Part shown: positions 18,602 through 27,962 of the stretch, one piece after another
How the letters are laid out: each line of letters begins with the position of its first letter
Position numbering within the stretch: the stretch's first letter is position 1
NCBI GenBank assembly: GCA_018003015.1
Contig: JAGNEZ010000018.1
Location: 10,836-74,835 of the forward strand
Direction of reading: 5' to 3'
Length of the DNA: 64,000 bases
DNA from: Phycisphaerae bacterium
Lineage (GTDB): Bacteria; Planctomycetota; Phycisphaerae; UBA1845; PWPN01
Program-made: the position numbers and the translations under genes
Notes under the pieces: model-generated
Databases searched by the model: none
Seen by the model: only the letters and a program-made list of their open reading frames with translations
What the model was told of the DNA's origin: nothing

Positions 18602-18940
18602 TCATGCCTTGCCGCCGGCCGAGTCAGCCCGCGTGTCGACGCCAATCTGCTTTTCACCCTGGACGGACCGCTCCAGCACCTTGACCAGACGCCATTTCTT
18701 GGTCTTGGATATCGGCCGGCACTCCATGATCTGGACACGATCGCCCTGCCGCGCCTCCCGGCGGGCGTCGTGCGCGTGCAGCACCATTCGATGGCGGACG
18801 TACTTGTCGTACTGCGGGTGGCGGGCCCGGTACTCGACCTCAACCCGAAGGGTCTGCGGCGTCCTGTTCGCCTTGGTCACCACCCCGATCACGGTCCGCC
18901 GCACCCGGCGCGCCTTCTTGTCCTGAACCATTTCGGCCAT
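18602..18940 (-). CDS. rpsQ: 30S ribosomal protein S17
   Basis: RTVIGVVTKANRTPQTLRVEVEYRARHPQYDKYVRHRMVLHAHD...GDRVQIMECRPISKTKKWRLV. Confidence 0.93.
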   Translation of the reverse strand: MAEMVQDKKARRVRRTVIGVVTKANRTPQTLRVEVEYRARHPQYDKYVRHRMVLHAHDARREARQGDRVQIMECRPISKTKKWRLVKVLERSVQGEKQIGVDTRADSAGGKA

Positions 18941-18955
18941 GCCCGTTACCTACCT

Positions 18956-19204
18956 CTACTTGGTACGCTTGTGCGTAGCCAGAGCCTCCAGATGGTATTG
19001 CTTCTGCTCGACACCCTCCTCGCCGCGTTCGCGGAGCACCGTGAACAGCCGGGCAATGTCCCTCTTGGCCCGAGTCAGCAGGGAGGGGTCATGGAGCTTC
19101 TCGGTCACCGCCTGGCTGCGGAGATCGAAGGTGTAACGGCGCAGCCGATCCAGCTCGCCGTGCAGCTCCTCGGTCTTCATCTGCCGCATTTCCGAAATCT
19201 TCAT
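18956..19204 (-). CDS. rpmC: 50S ribosomal protein L29
   Basis: MKISEMRQMKTEELHGELDRLRRYTFDLRSQ. Confidence 0.9.
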   Translation of the reverse strand: MKISEMRQMKTEELHGELDRLRRYTFDLRSQAVTEKLHDPSLLTRAKRDIARLFTVLRERGEEGVEQKQYHLEALATHKRTK

Positions 19205-19223
19205 CAGATCGTCTCCGCCTCGG

Positions 19224-19646
19224 CTATACCTCGTGGCGACGGGTCACAAACCGGCAGCGGAAGGGCATCTTGTGGGCCACCCGGGAAAACGCCCGCCGGG
19301 CCACGTCCTCGGCCACGCCACCAATCTCGAACAGCATCGAACCCTTCTTCACCACCGCTACATAGTACTCCGGCTCGCCCTTGCCCTTACCCATGCGCGT
19401 TTCCAGCGGCTTGCGCGACACCGGCTTGTGCGGGAACACCCGGATGTAAACCCGTCCCTCACGATGGAGAAAGTGGGTCGCGGCCATACGGCCGGCTTCG
19501 ATCTGCCGGGCAGTCATCCACCCATGCTCCAGCGACTGCAACCCGAACTCGCCAAACGATACCCGGTTGCCCCGGGTCGCGATCGTCGGCTGCCTTCCGC
19601 CGCGCTGCGCCTTTCGGTACTTGAGCCGTTTCGGCATTAACGCCAT
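19224..19646 (-). CDS. rplP: 50S ribosomal protein L16
   Basis: MPKRLKYRKAQRGGRQPTIATRGNRVSFGEFGLQSLE...RMGKGKGEPEYYVAVVKKG. Confidence 0.95.
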   Translation of the reverse strand: MALMPKRLKYRKAQRGGRQPTIATRGNRVSFGEFGLQSLEHGWMTARQIEAGRMAATHFLHREGRVYIRVFPHKPVSRKPLETRMGKGKGEPEYYVAVVKKGSMLFEIGGVAEDVARRAFSRVAHKMPFRCRFVTRRHEV

Positions 19647-19675
19647 GGCCGTCTCTTCTCCTTAACTCCAAATCC

Positions 19676-20374
19676 TTACAGACGCGCTCGCCGCCGCGGA
19701 CCCCGGCTGCTCTCAATCGCGATCGGCTCAATCTCCTCGCCGAACTTGCCCAGGTAAATCCACACCTTGACCCCAATGGCTCCGTACGTCGTCCGGGCAA
19801 TGGCGTAGCCGTAACCCACGTTCGACTGGAGAGTCTGCAAGGGAATCGAACCCCGCATCTGCGTCTCGACCCGGGCCATCTCCGCACCCCCGAGCCGGCC
19901 GCTGCACCGCACACGTATCCCCTTCGCTCCGGAAGCCATGGTCGCATCACACCGCATCTTCATCGCCCGCCGGAAACTCACCCGCTTCTTGAGCTGCTCC
20001 GCAATGCCTTCCGCCACCAGCTGGGCGTCCAGGTCCGGATGCTTGATCTCGACAATGTTGACCGTGATCTTCCGGTCAACCAGATCCTCCAGCTCCTCGC
20101 GGAGCTTGTCCACCTCCGCCCCCTTGGGCCCAATCACCAGGCCGGGACGGGCCGTGTGCAAAACCACCCGCACATCACTCCGCGTCCGCTCGATCTCGAC
20201 CTTGGACACGGCCGCGTACGGCTCACGCCGATTGAAGCGATCATCGACAAACCGGCGAATCTTGTGATCCTCGATCAGAAACTCACCATAGGCCGCCTTC
20301 GGGGCGTACCAACGACTCTTCCAGTCCAGCGTGACGCCGGTTCGAAATCCGATCGGGTTGACTTTCTGTCCCAC
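19676..20374 (-). CDS. rpsC: 30S ribosomal protein S3
   Basis: MGQKVNPIGFRTGVTLDWKSRWYA...GIRVRCSGRLGGAEMAR. Confidence 0.95.
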   Translation of the reverse strand: MGQKVNPIGFRTGVTLDWKSRWYAPKAAYGEFLIEDHKIRRFVDDRFNRREPYAAVSKVEIERTRSDVRVVLHTARPGLVIGPKGAEVDKLREELEDLVDRKITVNIVEIKHPDLDAQLVAEGIAEQLKKRVSFRRAMKMRCDATMASGAKGIRVRCSGRLGGAEMARVETQMRGSIPLQTLQSNVGYGYAIARTTYGAIGVKVWIYLGKFGEEIEPIAIESSRGPRRRARL

Positions 20375-20383
20375 AGTACGCTC

Positions 20384-20743
20384 CTACGACTTCCGTTCCC
20401 CGACGACAACCACCAGATGACTGGTCCGCTTCAGAATCGGGTGAGCCCGGCCGCGATCCTTGGGCCGGAACCGGTTGAAGAACGGACCACCATCCACCCG
20501 GGCCTCGACCACGTAGAGCGACCGGACGTCCGCCTCCTGCTCATTCGCGTTCGCAATCGCCGACCGCAGCACCATGTCGATCAGCCGGCTGCCCTTCTTG
20601 CGAGTGAAACGAAGAATGTCCTGGGCGTCATTCACCTTCTGCCCGCGAATCAGGGCCATGACCAGCCCGGCCTTGCGCGAACTGATCCGAGCGAACCGGT
20701 GCGTCGCCCGCCATTGTCTCGCTTCCGTTGCTTGCTCTGCCAC
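20384..20743 (-). CDS. rplV: 50S ribosomal protein L22
   Basis: RFARISSRKAGLVMALIRGQKVNDAQDILRFTRKK...FRPKDRGRAHPILKRTSHL. Confidence 0.93.
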   Translation of the reverse strand: MAEQATEARQWRATHRFARISSRKAGLVMALIRGQKVNDAQDILRFTRKKGSRLIDMVLRSAIANANEQEADVRSLYVVEARVDGGPFFNRFRPKDRGRAHPILKRTSHLVVVVGERKS

Positions 20744-20818
20744 GATCTCACCTTCTGCTCAATAAGTCCGGCCGGCTATGCTCCCCGGTCCTCCTCCCCG
20801 GCCTCCGCTCCCCCGGGA

Positions 20819-21097
20819 TCAGACGGCCACCGCCTTCTTCGCCCCGGTGTGCCCGCGGAACATTCGGGTCGGGCTGAACTCGCCCAGCTTGTGCCCGACC
20901 ATGTCCTCGGACACCACGACCTTGTGGAACATCTTGCCGTTGTGAACCTCGAAGGCCACCCCGATGAACTCCGGCACGATCGTACAACGCCGCGCCCAGG
21001 TCCGGATCGGAACGTGCGAGCCGGTCTGCTTGGACTTCTGGACCTTGAGGAACAACTTCTCGTCGACGAACGGACCTTTTTTCAGGCTCCTGGACAT
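20819..21097 (-). CDS. rpsS: 30S ribosomal protein S19
   Basis: [19 protein letters not shown]...[28 protein letters not shown]. Confidence 0.95.
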   Translation of the reverse strand: MSRSLKKGPFVDEKLFLKVQKSKQTGSHVPIRTWARRCTIVPEFIGVAFEVHNGKMFHKVVVSEDMVGHKLGEFSPTRMFRGHTGAKKAVAV

Positions 21098-21162
21098 AGG
21101 TCAACACTCTCGCTCGCTTGAGGCCAGGCCTCGCGGCCGGGCGGACCTCCATCATCTGTCTA

Positions 21163-22029
21163 CTACTTCTTCGGCAGCACTAGCTGCCCATACCGGACGC
21201 TCCGCCGACGACGGAGAATACGCTTGTTCGAATTCTTGCGGCGACTCCGCGTTCGACCACCCTTGGCCAGCTTGCCCCAGGCGCTGCACGGATGGCGGCC
21301 ACCGCCGCTCCTGCCTTCGCCGCCGCCCAGCGGGTGGGCAACCGGGTTCATCGACGTACCACGATTGTGCGGCCGGCGACCCATGTGCCGCTTGCGACCG
21401 GCCTTGCCGACCCGCACGTGCTGATGATCCGCGTTGCCGATCGCCCCGAGGGTCGCCCGGCATTCAACCCGCACCTGCCGCATCTCGCCCGACGGCATCA
21501 GCAGCGTGGCCCACTCACCCTCCCGGGCGACCACCCGGGCAGAGAGCCCCGCCGATCGGACCAGCTTGCCACCCTGACCAGCAGTCAGCTCAATGTTGTG
21601 AACGTCCATGCCCACCGGCACATTCTTCAGCGGCATGCAGTTGCCCACCTTGGGCTCGGCGTTCTTGCCACTCTCCACCCAGTCGCCAGCCTTCAGGCCG
21701 GCGGGGGCGAGAATGTAGTTCAGAGTCTTGTCCGGGTATTCAATCAGGGCGATGTGGCACGAACGGTTGGGGTCATACTCGATGGCAACAACCGTGGCAC
21801 GCTGATCGTCGCGGCGACGCTTGAAGTCGATGACCCGGTACAGACGCTTGTGCCCGCCTCCTCGCCACCACGACGTGATCACCCCATGGTGGTTGCGCCC
21901 CGCCGTCTTGTGCAATGGCTTAAGCAGAGCCTTGGTCGGCGGCCGCCGCTTGTCGGTGATCTCCACACGCTCGTTCACCGAGGACTGACGCCGTCCTGCC
22001 GAAGTCGGTCTGTAGATCTTGACACCCAT
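21163..22029 (-). CDS. rplB: 50S ribosomal protein L2
   Basis: MGVKIYRPTSAGRRQSSV...GGGHKRLYRVIDFKR...RGTSMNPVAHPLGGGEGRS. Confidence 0.96.
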   Translation of the reverse strand: MGVKIYRPTSAGRRQSSVNERVEITDKRRPPTKALLKPLHKTAGRNHHGVITSWWRGGGHKRLYRVIDFKRRRDDQRATVVAIEYDPNRSCHIALIEYPDKTLNYILAPAGLKAGDWVESGKNAEPKVGNCMPLKNVPVGMDVHNIELTAGQGGKLVRSAGLSARVVAREGEWATLLMPSGEMRQVRVECRATLGAIGNADHQHVRVGKAGRKRHMGRRPHNRGTSMNPVAHPLGGGEGRSGGGRHPCSAWGKLAKGGRTRSRRKNSNKRILRRRRSVRYGQLVLPKK

Positions 22030-22047
22030 ATCCTGACACTTCCTGCC

Positions 22048-22359
22048 TTAGAACAGGTCAATGTGATAATTCGGATCCAGCACCACGACCGCCTTCTTCC
22101 AGTTCCGGGTCACGCCGGTCGTCATCCGCACGCGACGCGGCTTGCCCTTGCGGTTGGCAGTCCGAACAGAGACCACCTTCACGTTGTAAATCTTCTCGAT
22201 CGCCTGGCGAATCTGAGCCTTGCGGGCCTCGGGATGCACCTCGAACGCGTATGCCCCGCCGCGAGCCTTCCGACTGTGAGTCCCCTGGTGCGTCACCTGG
22301 CTCTGGTGAGTCCCCTTCTCGGTAACCAGCGGCCTGATAATCGTATGGTAAATGTCCAT
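22048..22359 (-). CDS. rplW: 50S ribosomal protein L23
   Basis: YHTIIRPLVTEKGT...AFEVHPEARKAQIRQAIEKIYNVKVVSVRT. Confidence 0.92.
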   Translation of the reverse strand: MDIYHTIIRPLVTEKGTHQSQVTHQGTHSRKARGGAYAFEVHPEARKAQIRQAIEKIYNVKVVSVRTANRKGKPRRVRMTTGVTRNWKKAVVVLDPNYHIDLF

Positions 22360-22386
22360 CGCCGATCGTCCTTCCTGCAGTCCCGG

Positions 22387-23049
22387 TTACGCTCCCGCCA
22401 CCAGAGTCTCATCCGCCTGACGATAAGTCGACGGATGGGCCATCACCACCTCAAACGCCAGACGGGTAAAAAGCACCTTTCGCCGGCGAAGGATCTCGTA
22501 CGCGTTCAGCTCAGTCACCGGGCGGATTTCCGTCTTGGGAACATTCCGACCCGACTTAAACACCGCCTGATTGACCGCCTCGGTCACGAACACGCAGCCC
22601 TTGTCCGCACCAACCGCCTTGAGCATCCGAGCGAACGGCTTGGTCTTGGGCTCAGTCACGTCGACCGGATCGATGACCGCCACCTGGCCCGCCTTGAGCT
22701 TCGCCAGAAGCGCACTGTTGCGGGCAAGCTGACGCATCTTCTTGGGCATCTCCCGCCGGTGATTCTGCTCCAGCTTGGCAAAGGCACGACCACCCCCCCG
22801 CCGCGAGGGACTCCGCACCGTACCCATACGGGCGTTCCCCGTCCCCTTCTGACGGTAGATCTTGCGGCTCGACCCCTCCACCCGGGCTCGATTCTTGAGC
22901 CGGGCAGAACCCTGCCGCTGATTAAACTGCCAAGCCACGATCGCCTGCTTGAGCAGGTCAATCCGGACCCGGCGACCCAGCACCGACTCGTCAATCTGCA
23001 TCGAGCCGGTCTGCTCACCACTCATGTTGTATACGGGCACGTCGATCAT
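22387..23049 (-). CDS. rplD: 50S ribosomal protein L4
   Basis: AIVAWQFNQRQGSARLKNRARVEGSSRKIYRQKGTGNARMG. Confidence 0.93.
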   Translation of the reverse strand: MIDVPVYNMSGEQTGSMQIDESVLGRRVRIDLLKQAIVAWQFNQRQGSARLKNRARVEGSSRKIYRQKGTGNARMGTVRSPSRRGGGRAFAKLEQNHRREMPKKMRQLARNSALLAKLKAGQVAVIDPVDVTEPKTKPFARMLKAVGADKGCVFVTEAVNQAVFKSGRNVPKTEIRPVTELNAYEILRRRKVLFTRLAFEVVMAHPSTYRQADETLVAGA

Positions 23050-23063
23050 CGCGAATGCTTCCG

Positions 23064-23735
23064 TTACGCTTTCGTCTTGGCCTGCCGGACCACCACGTAC
23101 CCGCCGTTCGGACCGGGGACCGCACCCCGAACGAGCAACAGGTTGTTCTCCTTGTCCACCTTCACCAGACGCTGATTCTTGACCGTCCGACGGCTGTGAC
23201 CCATGTGGCCGGCCATCCGCTTGCCCTTCTTAACACAGCGGCCCAGGCCACGACCGGCACTGGCGCCGATGCCACCTGGGCTGCGATGCTTGCGCTCAGT
23301 GCCGTGCGAGGCCGGCTGACCACCGAAGCCGTGACGCTTCATGACCCCCGCAAAGCCCCGGCCCTTGGTCGTGCCCACCACGTCCACATAACGCGTCTTG
23401 GCGTTCTCAAAAACCTCCACCGTCCAGACATCGCCCCGGGCCGCTTCAGGAGCCTCCTTCAACCGGATCTCCCGGACAAACTTCTTCGGCCCCGTCCCGG
23501 CCTGGGCCGCGTGACCGATCATCGGGACCGACGATCGGTGAGCCTTGACATCCTCAAATCCGAGCTGCACGGCGTGATAGCCGTCTTTCGACTCGCCGCT
23601 CTTGGCGGCACCCGCCTTCTTCACCTGCAGCACAGAACACGGACCCGCCTGAATCACGGTGACCGGCACGGCCGTGCCGTCCTCCGTGTAAACCCGGGTC
23701 ATTCCGATCTTCCTACCCAGCAGCGCCGCCAACAT
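23064..23735 (-). CDS. rplC: 50S ribosomal protein L3
   Basis: LLGRKIGMTRVYTEDGTAVPVTVIQAGPC...GTTKGRGFAGVMKRHGFGGQPASHG. Confidence 0.95.
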   Translation of the reverse strand: MLAALLGRKIGMTRVYTEDGTAVPVTVIQAGPCSVLQVKKAGAAKSGESKDGYHAVQLGFEDVKAHRSSVPMIGHAAQAGTGPKKFVREIRLKEAPEAARGDVWTVEVFENAKTRYVDVVGTTKGRGFAGVMKRHGFGGQPASHGTERKHRSPGGIGASAGRGLGRCVKKGKRMAGHMGHSRRTVKNQRLVKVDKENNLLLVRGAVPGPNGGYVVVRQAKTKA

Positions 23736-23938
23736 GTGGACAGAATTCCCTTCAAGCCTTATCAGGCTCTTCCTGACTCTTTGCCTTGCCTCGCGATGAT
23801 GCTCACGCGGCCGATTTGTCGTTGAAAAGCCGACGAATGAGGCCGACTACCGCTGGCAACACTCCAACAACATCATCCGGTCCGATCGGCGAGCCCCTTG
23901 TCCGGCCCAGCCGCCCGCTCGCTTACGGCGCCCGAGCG

Positions 23939-24247
23939 TCAGGCCTTGATCTTCACAAAAACGCCGGCCGGCACCACCAAGCGGTTGAGGGCTTCCACAG
24001 TCCTCGCGGTCGGTTCGTAGATATCGATGAGTCGCTTGTGCGTCCGCATTTCGAACTGCTCACGCGACTTCTTGTCTATGTGCGGGGAACGCAAAACCGT
24101 GTAGCGTTCAATCCTGGTCGGCAAGGGAACGGGGCCACAAACTCGCGCGTTGGTGCGCTTGGCGTGATCAACGATCTCCCGGGCCGACGCGTCCAGAGCC
24201 CGCGGGTCGTAGGCTTCCATTCGGATACGAATTCGTTCGCCTTGCAT
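23939..24247 (-). CDS. rpsJ: 30S ribosomal protein S10
   Basis: [66 protein letters not shown]. The upstream part of the track ORF (to 24367) is not S10-like. Confidence 0.93.
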   Translation of the reverse strand: MQGERIRIRMEAYDPRALDASAREIVDHAKRTNARVCGPVPLPTRIERYTVLRSPHIDKKSREQFEMRTHKRLIDIYEPTARTVEALNRLVVPAGVFVKIKA

Positions 24248-24396
24248 CGCGTGCCTCAAAACACTTCTTCCGGACTCGCTCGGTCCGGCACTCTCCAAAC
24301 AACAGCCACCCAGACTGCCGCTTTGTCGCCAGCCCTGGCCTCCACCCGCCGGACAAGGGCGCACCATAGCCCCCTCTCGCTCGGCAGAGATTCGTT

Positions 24397-24424
24397 AGTG
24401 TACTCACACCAGGTCTTGTGTCAA
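24397..24424 (-). promoter_or_regulatory. sigma70-like promoter candidate for the S10 supercluster
   Basis: On the minus strand: TTGACA (complement of 24419-24424), 16-nt spacer, TACACT (complement of 24397-24402). This would give a leader of about 150 nt to the rpsJ ATG at 24247. Confidence 0.4.
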
Positions 24425-24550
24425 GGCCCGGTCCCGACCCAAATAAGATTCAGCCCGTCTTTTCACACCCCACGACCGATAACAGCGCCCTACCCCCTCC
24501 CCCCGACCTCTCCCGAGACTACCCCCCGTCAGACCCAGCCCGCTGCAACC

Positions 24551-26698
24551 TCATACCACAGCAAGAATTGTATCAGCAATCGCCGGCGGCACGACCGCGT
24601 AATGCGAGGGCTCCATCGTCCAGCTCCCCCGGCCCTGAGTCAGACTCCGCAAATCACTGGCGTATCCGAACATCTCCCGCAAGGGCACCACCGCATCGAT
24701 TACCCGATGGTCGCCTCGCAACCGGGCATCCTGCACAACACCCCGACGCCGAGACAAGTCGTTGCTCACCACCCCGAAATACGCCTCCGGCGTGGCAATC
24801 TGCAACTTCATGATCGGCTCCATCAGCGCCGGACTCGCGGCGACCGCCACCTTGTCAAAACAACGCCGGCTGGCAGCATCGAACGCCACCTCCGAACTGT
24901 CCATCTCATGCTCCTCGGCATCCACCAGCGTGACCTTGATGTTCATCATCGGGTTACCCGCCAGAACGCCGGTTTGGGCGGTGTCACGGACCGCCGCCTC
25001 CGCAGATTCCAGAAAGGACCGCTGGATCTTGACCCCGCTCACCTGGCTCACGAACAGAATGTGCTCCTCCCCCGGCTCGGGAGCATACGGCTCCACCCGC
25101 AGACGAACCCTCGCGAAATGCCCCCGCCCGCCAATCTGACGATTGAACTCCTCCTCGACCTCCGCAGCAGCACAAACCGTCTCCCGATACGACACCCGCG
25201 GCTTGCCCACCCGCACGTCCACGTGGTAGTCACGCTTCAGCCGGTTCACCAGAACCTCAAGATGCAGCTCACCCATCCCGCTGATCAGCGTCTGGCCGGT
25301 CTCTTCGTTGAGCCGGTACTTAAACGTCGGATTCTCGCGGGCCAGCATGGTCAGAGCCTCAATCAGCTTCTCACGTTCGGCCGAGGACTGCGGCTCGATG
25401 GACATGCTCACCACCGTCTCCGGAAACTCGATGGCCTCCAGCACAACCAGATGCTTCTGCTCGCATAGCGTGTCACCCGTCAGCGAGTCCTTGAGGCCGA
25501 TCACCGCAACGATGTCGCCCGCCTCGGCCGCCTCGATCTGCTCGCGGCGCTTAGCGAAAACGCGAAAGATCCGGCTGATGTTCTCCTTGCAGTCCCGGCT
25601 GGGATTCACCACCCGGGAGCCGGATCTCAACGTGCCCGAGTACACCCGGAGGAAGTAGAGATCCATCGGCTTCGACGCCAGAATCTTGAACACGTACGCC
25701 ACCAGCGGGGCCCTGAGATCACACGGACACAAGATCCTGTCATCCCCAGGCAACCTGCCCTTGGCCTGGGCCAGCCCAGCCTTGTGCCGACCCTTGAGCT
25801 TGCCGCCCCCCTCGGCAACCCTGAGTCCGACCACCGGCGGCAGATCCAGAGGACACGGCAGATAATCGATCACCCCATCCATCAGCGGCTGCACACCCAC
25901 AAAATGGAGCGACGATCCGCAGAACACCGGGTACAGCCGATTGGCAAGCGTGGCCGCCCGCAAACCCGCCTTCAACTCCTCCCCGGTCAGCGGCTGATCG
26001 TGAATAAACTTCTCCATGAGGGCATCGCTGGTCTCAGCCACCTGCTCCTCAAGCCGGTGCCGGGCCCGCTTGGCAGCCTCTTCCAGCTCAACCGGGATCC
26101 GCTTGCGAACGGGCGCGGCGTCCACATCGTCGGTGTGGAAGTAGACCGCCTCCATCGCCACCAGATCAATGATCCCCTCGAAAAACCCCTCCGCCCCGAT
26201 CGGAAGCTGTACCGCCGCCGGATTGGCGTCCAGCCGCTCGCGGATCGAGCTGAACGAGGCCGCGAAATCCGCCCCGACCTTGTCCATCTTGTTGATGAAG
26301 CAGATCCGCGGTACGTGATACTTGGTCGCCTGCCGCCAGACCGTCTCAGACTGGGCCTCAACCCCCTCCTTCGCGTCGAAAACCGCCACCGCCCCGTCCA
26401 GAACCCGCAACGAACGCTCCACCTCGGCCGTAAAGTCCACGTGACCAGGCGTGTCAATCAAATTGATGGTGTTCTCCTTCCAGGGAAGACTGACGGCCGC
26501 CGAGTAGATGGTGATCCCACGCTGCTGCTCTTCCTGGTCAAAGTCCGTGATCGTCGTCCCGTCGTCGACCTCGCCGACCTTGTGCGTCCGCCCCGAATAA
26601 TAGAGCATTCGTTCCGTAGTGGTGGTCTTGCCGGCATCGATATGAGCCGCGATCCCAATGTTGCGCACTTTGCGAAGGTCCACGGCCAAGGGTGACAC
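24551..26698 (-). CDS. fusA: translation elongation factor G
   Basis: 715 aa with a GTG start preceded by GGGATGGAG. Contains NIGIAAHIDAGKTTTTERMLYYSG, DFDQEEQQRGITI, DTPGHVDF and NKMDK. Confidence 0.95.
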   Translation of the reverse strand: MSPLAVDLRKVRNIGIAAHIDAGKTTTTERMLYYSGRTHKVGEVDDGTTITDFDQEEQQRGITIYSAAVSLPWKENTINLIDTPGHVDFTAEVERSLRVLDGAVAVFDAKEGVEAQSETVWRQATKYHVPRICFINKMDKVGADFAASFSSIRERLDANPAAVQLPIGAEGFFEGIIDLVAMEAVYFHTDDVDAAPVRKRIPVELEEAAKRARHRLEEQVAETSDALMEKFIHDQPLTGEELKAGLRAATLANRLYPVFCGSSLHFVGVQPLMDGVIDYLPCPLDLPPVVGLRVAEGGGKLKGRHKAGLAQAKGRLPGDDRILCPCDLRAPLVAYVFKILASKPMDLYFLRVYSGTLRSGSRVVNPSRDCKENISRIFRVFAKRREQIEAAEAGDIVAVIGLKDSLTGDTLCEQKHLVVLEAIEFPETVVSMSIEPQSSAEREKLIEALTMLARENPTFKYRLNEETGQTLISGMGELHLEVLVNRLKRDYHVDVRVGKPRVSYRETVCAAAEVEEEFNRQIGGRGHFARVRLRVEPYAPEPGEEHILFVSQVSGVKIQRSFLESAEAAVRDTAQTGVLAGNPMMNIKVTLVDAEEHEMDSSEVAFDAASRRCFDKVAVAASPALMEPIMKLQIATPEAYFGVVSNDLSRRRGVVQDARLRGDHRVIDAVVPLREMFGYASDLRSLTQGRGSWTMEPSHYAVVPPAIADTILAVV

Positions 26699-26931
26699 TC
26701 CATCCCGTCAGGCGACAGCAGAACGAAATAGGATATCGGATACGCCTTGCCCCTTCCAGTGGCGACGGCAAAGCGAGTAGCCATGGCGGCCATCGGCGAG
26801 TTGACGCCGAGCCAACGCATGAGGTAGGGTAAGGGTAGCTGCGACACCGCCGAATCTCATCGTCGGGAAGGTCGCCGGGGCAGTGTCAGCACACCGCATC
26901 GCGGCCATTCTCCGACCTTCGAGGTAATGCC

Positions 26932-27669
26932 ATGTTCACAACAGCTGTCACGCTCCTGGGCTTGTGGATCGCGGGCGGCTCCGACGCGCCCACCACCAAC
27001 ACTGCCCCCGCACCAGCAGCACCGCCCCATGCTCCAGTGAACCAACTAACGGCCACCGAAAAGGCCGCGGGCTTCCAGCTGCTGTTCAACGGAACGGACT
27101 GGACCGGCTGGGAACCGAACGGCAAACCCGGTTCGTTCACAATCCAGGACGGCGCCATCGTCGGCGATCGGTCGGGCAAGAGCCAAACGGCCTACTGGCT
27201 CGGCACAACCCGCGAGTACGGCGACTTCGAACTCCGCCTGCAGTACAAGCTCAGCCCTCGCGGCAACAGCGGCATATTCATCCGCGCTCCGCACGAGGGG
27301 CGAACATCCAGAATGGGCATGGAGATCCAGCTTCTCGATGACGGAGCCCGCACCGGCAAGCCGGGCGTCGGCGACACTGGCGCAATCTACCAAGTCGTCC
27401 CACCAAAGGCGTTCGTCTCCAGACCCGCAGGCCAGTGGAACGACCTGTCCGTCCTTTGCCTCGGCCCCCGCGTTAAGGTCACCTTGAACGGCCACATCAT
27501 CAACGACACGCTCATGACCGACCACGCCGCGCTCAGGAACCGACCACGCAGAGGTTTCATCGGCCTGTCCGCCCACACCAAGCCAGTGCAGTTCCGCACC
27601 CTCCGTCTGCGCGAGATTGCCCCTCCAGCCACCGGACCCGAAACACCAGCCTCCCAGCCAACATGGTAG
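26932..27669 (+). CDS. DUF1080 (3-keto-disaccharide hydrolase-like) secreted protein
   Basis: Signal-like N-terminus. Contains LFNGTDWTGWEP, FTIQDGAIVG, YGDFELRLQYKLSPRGNSGIFIRAP, GAIYQVVPP and NDLSVLCLGPRVKVTLNG. Confidence 0.8.
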   Translation: MFTTAVTLLGLWIAGGSDAPTTNTAPAPAAPPHAPVNQLTATEKAAGFQLLFNGTDWTGWEPNGKPGSFTIQDGAIVGDRSGKSQTAYWLGTTREYGDFELRLQYKLSPRGNSGIFIRAPHEGRTSRMGMEIQLLDDGARTGKPGVGDTGAIYQVVPPKAFVSRPAGQWNDLSVLCLGPRVKVTLNGHIINDTLMTDHAALRNRPRRGFIGLSAHTKPVQFRTLRLREIAPPATGPETPASQPTW

Positions 27670-27862
27670 GCACGTTCGGCTTTCCACCACGTCGACGCTT
27701 TGACGGAACAGACGATCCCGCCCTCCAACGGCTGCAACACGCCAATCCGGACGGCGACCACCGCGTGGACCAGGGCAGCACCGGCATCCGCCAGCAGCAC
27801 TGCGACCGAGCGGGCGGCCGGAACGGCTTCGCCAATTGGGCGTCGCGGCCCCCCACGTCCCG

Positions 27863-27891
27863 TTGACAGACGCCGACGGAGTCGCAACAAT
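27863..27891 (+). promoter_or_regulatory. sigma70-like promoter candidate
   Basis: TTGACA (27863-27868), 17-nt spacer, AACAAT (27886-27891), about 70 nt upstream of ATG 27963. Confidence 0.35.
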
Positions 27892-27962
27892 GCACCCCGA
27901 CGGCCGGTCCCCGGCCTGACATGGCGGTCCTAAACCTACCCGAGGTGCATGGAGTCGGGACT

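Noticed and set aside
24248-24367. N-terminal extension of the S10 ORF (142 aa in the track).
   Set aside because: S10 homology starts at [10 protein letters not shown] (24247). The upstream part is G/S/C-rich and lies in the predicted leader.
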